From the human T2T-CHM13v2.0 reference genome, Homo sapiens: a DNA stretch of 64,000 nucleotides. The notes beneath the pieces were generated by a model that was not told the origin of the DNA, ran no database searches, and worked only from the letters and a program-made list of their open reading frames with translations. A program made the position numbers and the translations under genes. Below, piece after piece: positions 60,142 to 64,000 of the stretch. How positions within the stretch are numbered: the stretch's first letter is position 1; each line of letters opens with the position of its first letter. The stretch lies in the NCBI RefSeq assembly GCF_009914755.1, contig NC_060933.1. One strand, given 5' to 3'.

Positions 60142-63094
60142 GTGGGTTTTAAAAGGGCAAGAAAGTATCATTTCATCTCCAGAATTTCTGTGTGGCTACC
60201 ATGGAGGCATTTGGTAGGTGGAGGATCATAGAGAACTGAGATTTGGGAACAGGAAAGGTTATACAAGAAACTATGCAGAAAATGGCAGTTTGAATCCTAA
60301 AAGTATTTAGAGGTTTTAAAACTGCAAAACTCCAGCTCTTGAGAATGCAGCCAGATAGAAGAAAAAAGCACGTATGTATATGTGTGTGTGGCTTATCCTC
60401 CCTGAGTGCCTGCTGGCCTACTCATGTGCCATTCTCAGTGATAAGTCCTTTGCATGTGTCACACAACTAATGATGGAGAGTCGGGATTCAGACCCCAGGA
60501 ATTTGACTTAAGATCTCATGTTCTTAACCACTTTCCCATACTGGCTCCTTCATGGCAAAAAGGCTCATGACAAGGAAAAAAACCTATCACAAAGTCTGTG
60601 TACCAAGATGCAAGCATTGTACTTCTGTGTGTAAAGAGACAGTATCTGCACACCTTACTTAGATCCTTTTCCCTCTTACTCTGAGACACAATATCAACAA
60701 AATTGGTAATCTTTATATCCCATGTCTCAGTATGTGAAGAGTATTAACTAGGAGAATTTCAAGTAGAGGCCAGCTGGTAACTACCAGCTACATGAAAGGC
60801 TGATGGAGAGGAGGGATCAGAACTTGAACTCCCAAAAGGTAGTAGTCTGGGATGATGTGTTCTGGGTATGATCTGCTATACCTCACAGTTGGTCCTGGGA
60901 TATCATCTTGTCACAGACATCACCAAGCATTGGTATTTTTAAGAACGAGCTAGACTCAGTAATAAAAGATTCGAAGATATCAGTTAAGAATGTAGGAAGC
61001 AGAATGATTTGTTTGAGAAACCTTTTTCATCCAAGGTTAAAATAATGTAACTGAACACAGTAGTAAAATTTAAAGGATGAAGTTCCATTTATCTGGATAC
61101 CTGTACACAATAAATGCTTCATGTCCTAATCAACCCAATCCTGAGTGCCTTTTCTGGATCATTTTCAGGAGAGGGCTCTATTTTTTTTTTTTTTTTAACC
61201 TGGCTCCGGTACCTACATCTTTCGTCATCAGGTGCCTGTCATTAAAGGGAATTCACTTTATTACTCACTGCTCATGTCTTTTTAAATTTTCAATAGTCGG
61301 AGCTTCATTAGAAATGACAATATTTGGGCAGGTAGGGTTTTATGGAAGAGTGGAAAGGAGACGTGAATGAAGGAGGAAAGAAGATATCTCCTTCAAATAG
61401 AATGAGCCCATTTCTGTCACTGAGAGGGCACTGCCATTTGACAGCATTGCTGAACTTGTCCCCACATCTCAGGTTTCATTAGAGAAACAGATAACTTTAC
61501 TTGCCAAAAATAATTTTTTTTTTAGATTGGCTTTTAGAAAAGATAAAATAAGGCATGATTTTCTTGTTAAAGTTCATATTAGTCTATTTATTGTTTATCT
61601 CCTTTTTATAAAATAAATTACTTTTAAACACCCCTGCTAATATTTCAGGATATTATTCACTTACGTAGAGGTAGTTGTGTTCCCATTTTGCTTCTGTTCC
61701 ATTTCCTGGTGTTATTCATGTGTGAAGAGAATCTTTTTGGCTGGGTTGGCCTGCCTCAAAGCTGCTCCAAACTTATAATTCACCAAAAGTGACATCATCC
61801 CAGCCACCACCAAAGAATTATGATTGGAGTCGAGGCATTGCCCATGGAACACATAACTCTGCAGTGGTTTCCCCTACAAAATGTCAGCCACTCTTACGAT
61901 GGAATGTGCCCTTGCCTGCTGTGGGCACCGCTCAAATCTAACCCATCATTTTTCTTTTCATTTTGATTCACTTTTCCTTTCAGAGATTCAAACAAAAAGA
62001 AAAATGGGAACTGAAAAAATTTGGGGTTTTTGAGGGGTGAGGGAGAGACCTTATGGTAGAAAATAAAGTGTTTTTTTTGATATCTGAAATTTTATATGCT
62101 CAATTTAAATGTTTTATTGCGTTTGTTTTTTCCAACCTGTGGAAACCCCTTAAATTCTTACTGAATGCATAGATCTTTTATTTGCATGAATGTCCTGTAT
62201 GCCGGAAGACTAAGTGGGAGCACTGAATGCTTTGAAGTTCTGTGCCTGTGAGACTTGGGTATTTTAATACATTGTTACCCTATTGCATCAAATCACGCCT
62301 AGGGATGCATTCAATAAAGACTGCCCCCTCCCCGCTTAGCTGCGCTGGGACTCCCTTCTGGAGGGCCAGAGTTTCTACTTTGTTTCTACTTTGACTCCTA
62401 AAATGAGGACTGAAGGGAAAGCAGATGGCATTTTGTACCTCTGACAATGAAGCCTAAATTGTTTACGTTGGAGAGGGAGTGGGAGATAAGCTAAAGAATG
62501 TGATTTGTCTTCCATTTGAAGATACCAGGGAAAAGTCTTGTCAAGTAGCAGGCCACCGGTGTCTAGTGTAGAGGAGACGATTTCTGTCGATAGAGAGCAA
62601 AGCCAGCCAGGCAAACGAACCCGTAAGCCGCCTGAGGGACAGACAGGCATAAAACCTAATGAATGGGTAGGTAGACTTTGGGCAAGGCTAATTGCAGCAA
62701 GCTGTGTTCAGTTCCCCGGCCTCTGTTAAGTAGTCATTTTTATACAATCTGTCGGAGGGAAGAGGAAATAGACCCACACGGTAAATGAACTTGTGGTGTT
62801 TAGCTAGGAAGTGGAGTTTGCTCTAAGTAGCTCTGGTAGCAGACTCCAGGGAGCACATGGCAGGCGGACTCATCTGAGTATCTGTGCTGAGGAGTTGTGT
62901 TAAACTGTTGAAACACTTAGAAATTGCTATAGAAAAAGAGTACTCCCAAAGTTGCCAGCTAATATGGTACCGAATTTCCTGAAAGACCTTTCTTTTGCCA
63001 TGTGGTTTTTCTATAAAGCTGAGTCAATTAGGCTTCTTTATCTCCCTGTCCTTGGCAATAAAACGACAAAAGCCGAGGGTTGAACAGGTAGACA

Positions 63095-63230
63095 CTGTTA
63101 TCTCACTGAATCTTCACCGCTGCCCTATGAGGTGGCTATTGTTACTCTCCCCATTCTATAGATGAGGACACTGAGCCACAGATTGGTTGAGTAACTTGCT
63201 CAGGCTCACACAACTAGCAGGTGATAACAG
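63095..63230 (-). mobile_element. MIR SINE
   Basis: ccctatgaggtgg..ccccattctatagatgaggacactgagccacaga..ggttgagtaacttgctcagg.tcacacaactag. Confidence 0.75.
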
Positions 63231-64000
63231 CTGAGGTGAAAGAACATTTTTTCTGGGAAGATACAGGGTGTTTAAAGGTACCTGTTTAGTGCACAGCAAG
63301 TTGCAGTACTTTTAAATTGGAGACTGGAATATGTAAGTAGATGTTTGAATCTCTCTCTGTCTTTCAGTGTTACAGGTGAATCAACAAAATTAGAATATCT
63401 TTCTATTTAGTGACTGAAGAAGGCGGTCCATGCATATATCAGATCTAGTTTGGAGTCACAGACTAGATTCTGGACCAGAGATGAAAGATATGCTTTGGGT
63501 ACCTCTTTTTGATTAAATGTAGTTTTTAAAATAGTGACTTGACTATACCTCAAGGAGTCTTCATAATCTTCTGCATGGGTATTTATAGGCAATAATGCTA
63601 AAGAAGACAGTGCCAGTACAAGTGAAATGATAACATGATTGCAGTGTTACGGCTTTTGTTGATGAATTATTTGAACTGGGAGGAAAAACACTTTGAGAAC
63701 TAAATTTAAAGTAATTCTTCCGATATTATCAGTAAGACCTAAAGATGGTTGCTTTTAGAGGACCTAAATGTATTAAATTCCTGATTTAGCATGCTTATAG
63801 CAAGGCTTCAAATATGTTTAATTCTACCAGCTTCTTGAGCTTCTTAAGGAGAGTCATAGAATCATAGGGAATTAAAATGAATGTTAGAAATCTGTATCTC
63901 CTCTGACTTGACTGGATCACACCTAGAGCAACCCAAATGAAAAATGTACCTTGTTTTAAAGCTCTCCAGGGAAAAATATTCTAAAACTTCCCCTGATAAC

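Overview
This is primate (human-type) genomic DNA containing the 5' end of SMARCA2 (BRM, a SWI/SNF/BAF ATPase) on the + strand. The first ~33 kb is repeat-rich upstream sequence: Alu, L1, L2, MIR, DNA transposons and old LTRs, including one young AluYa5. A CpG-island promoter (~33.2-36.6 kb) follows, with a non-coding first exon ending at 33928 and several candidate alternative leader exons. Three coding exons come next (CDS 47546-47770, 51475-51604, 57989-58423; 790 nt), encoding the Gly/Pro-rich N-terminus, the QLQ domain and a Q23 tract. The gene continues past the window end. I found no evidence of a novel protein-coding gene, RNA gene or CRISPR-like system. The most interesting signals are: (i) a complex rearrangement scar at ~12.0-12.4 kb (45-bp direct repeat, ~170-bp copy of sequence 1.3 kb away, 37-bp-arm hairpin); (ii) a TAG directly abutting a weak-context start ATG, on which uORFs from two candidate leader exons would terminate; (iii) both known BRM promoter indel sites present in their longer form; (iv) an inverted-Alu layout compatible with an exon 2-3 circRNA; (v) candidate cryptic or poison exons around exon 4. 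Repeat family names come from recognising consensus sequences by eye and need RepeatMasker confirmation.
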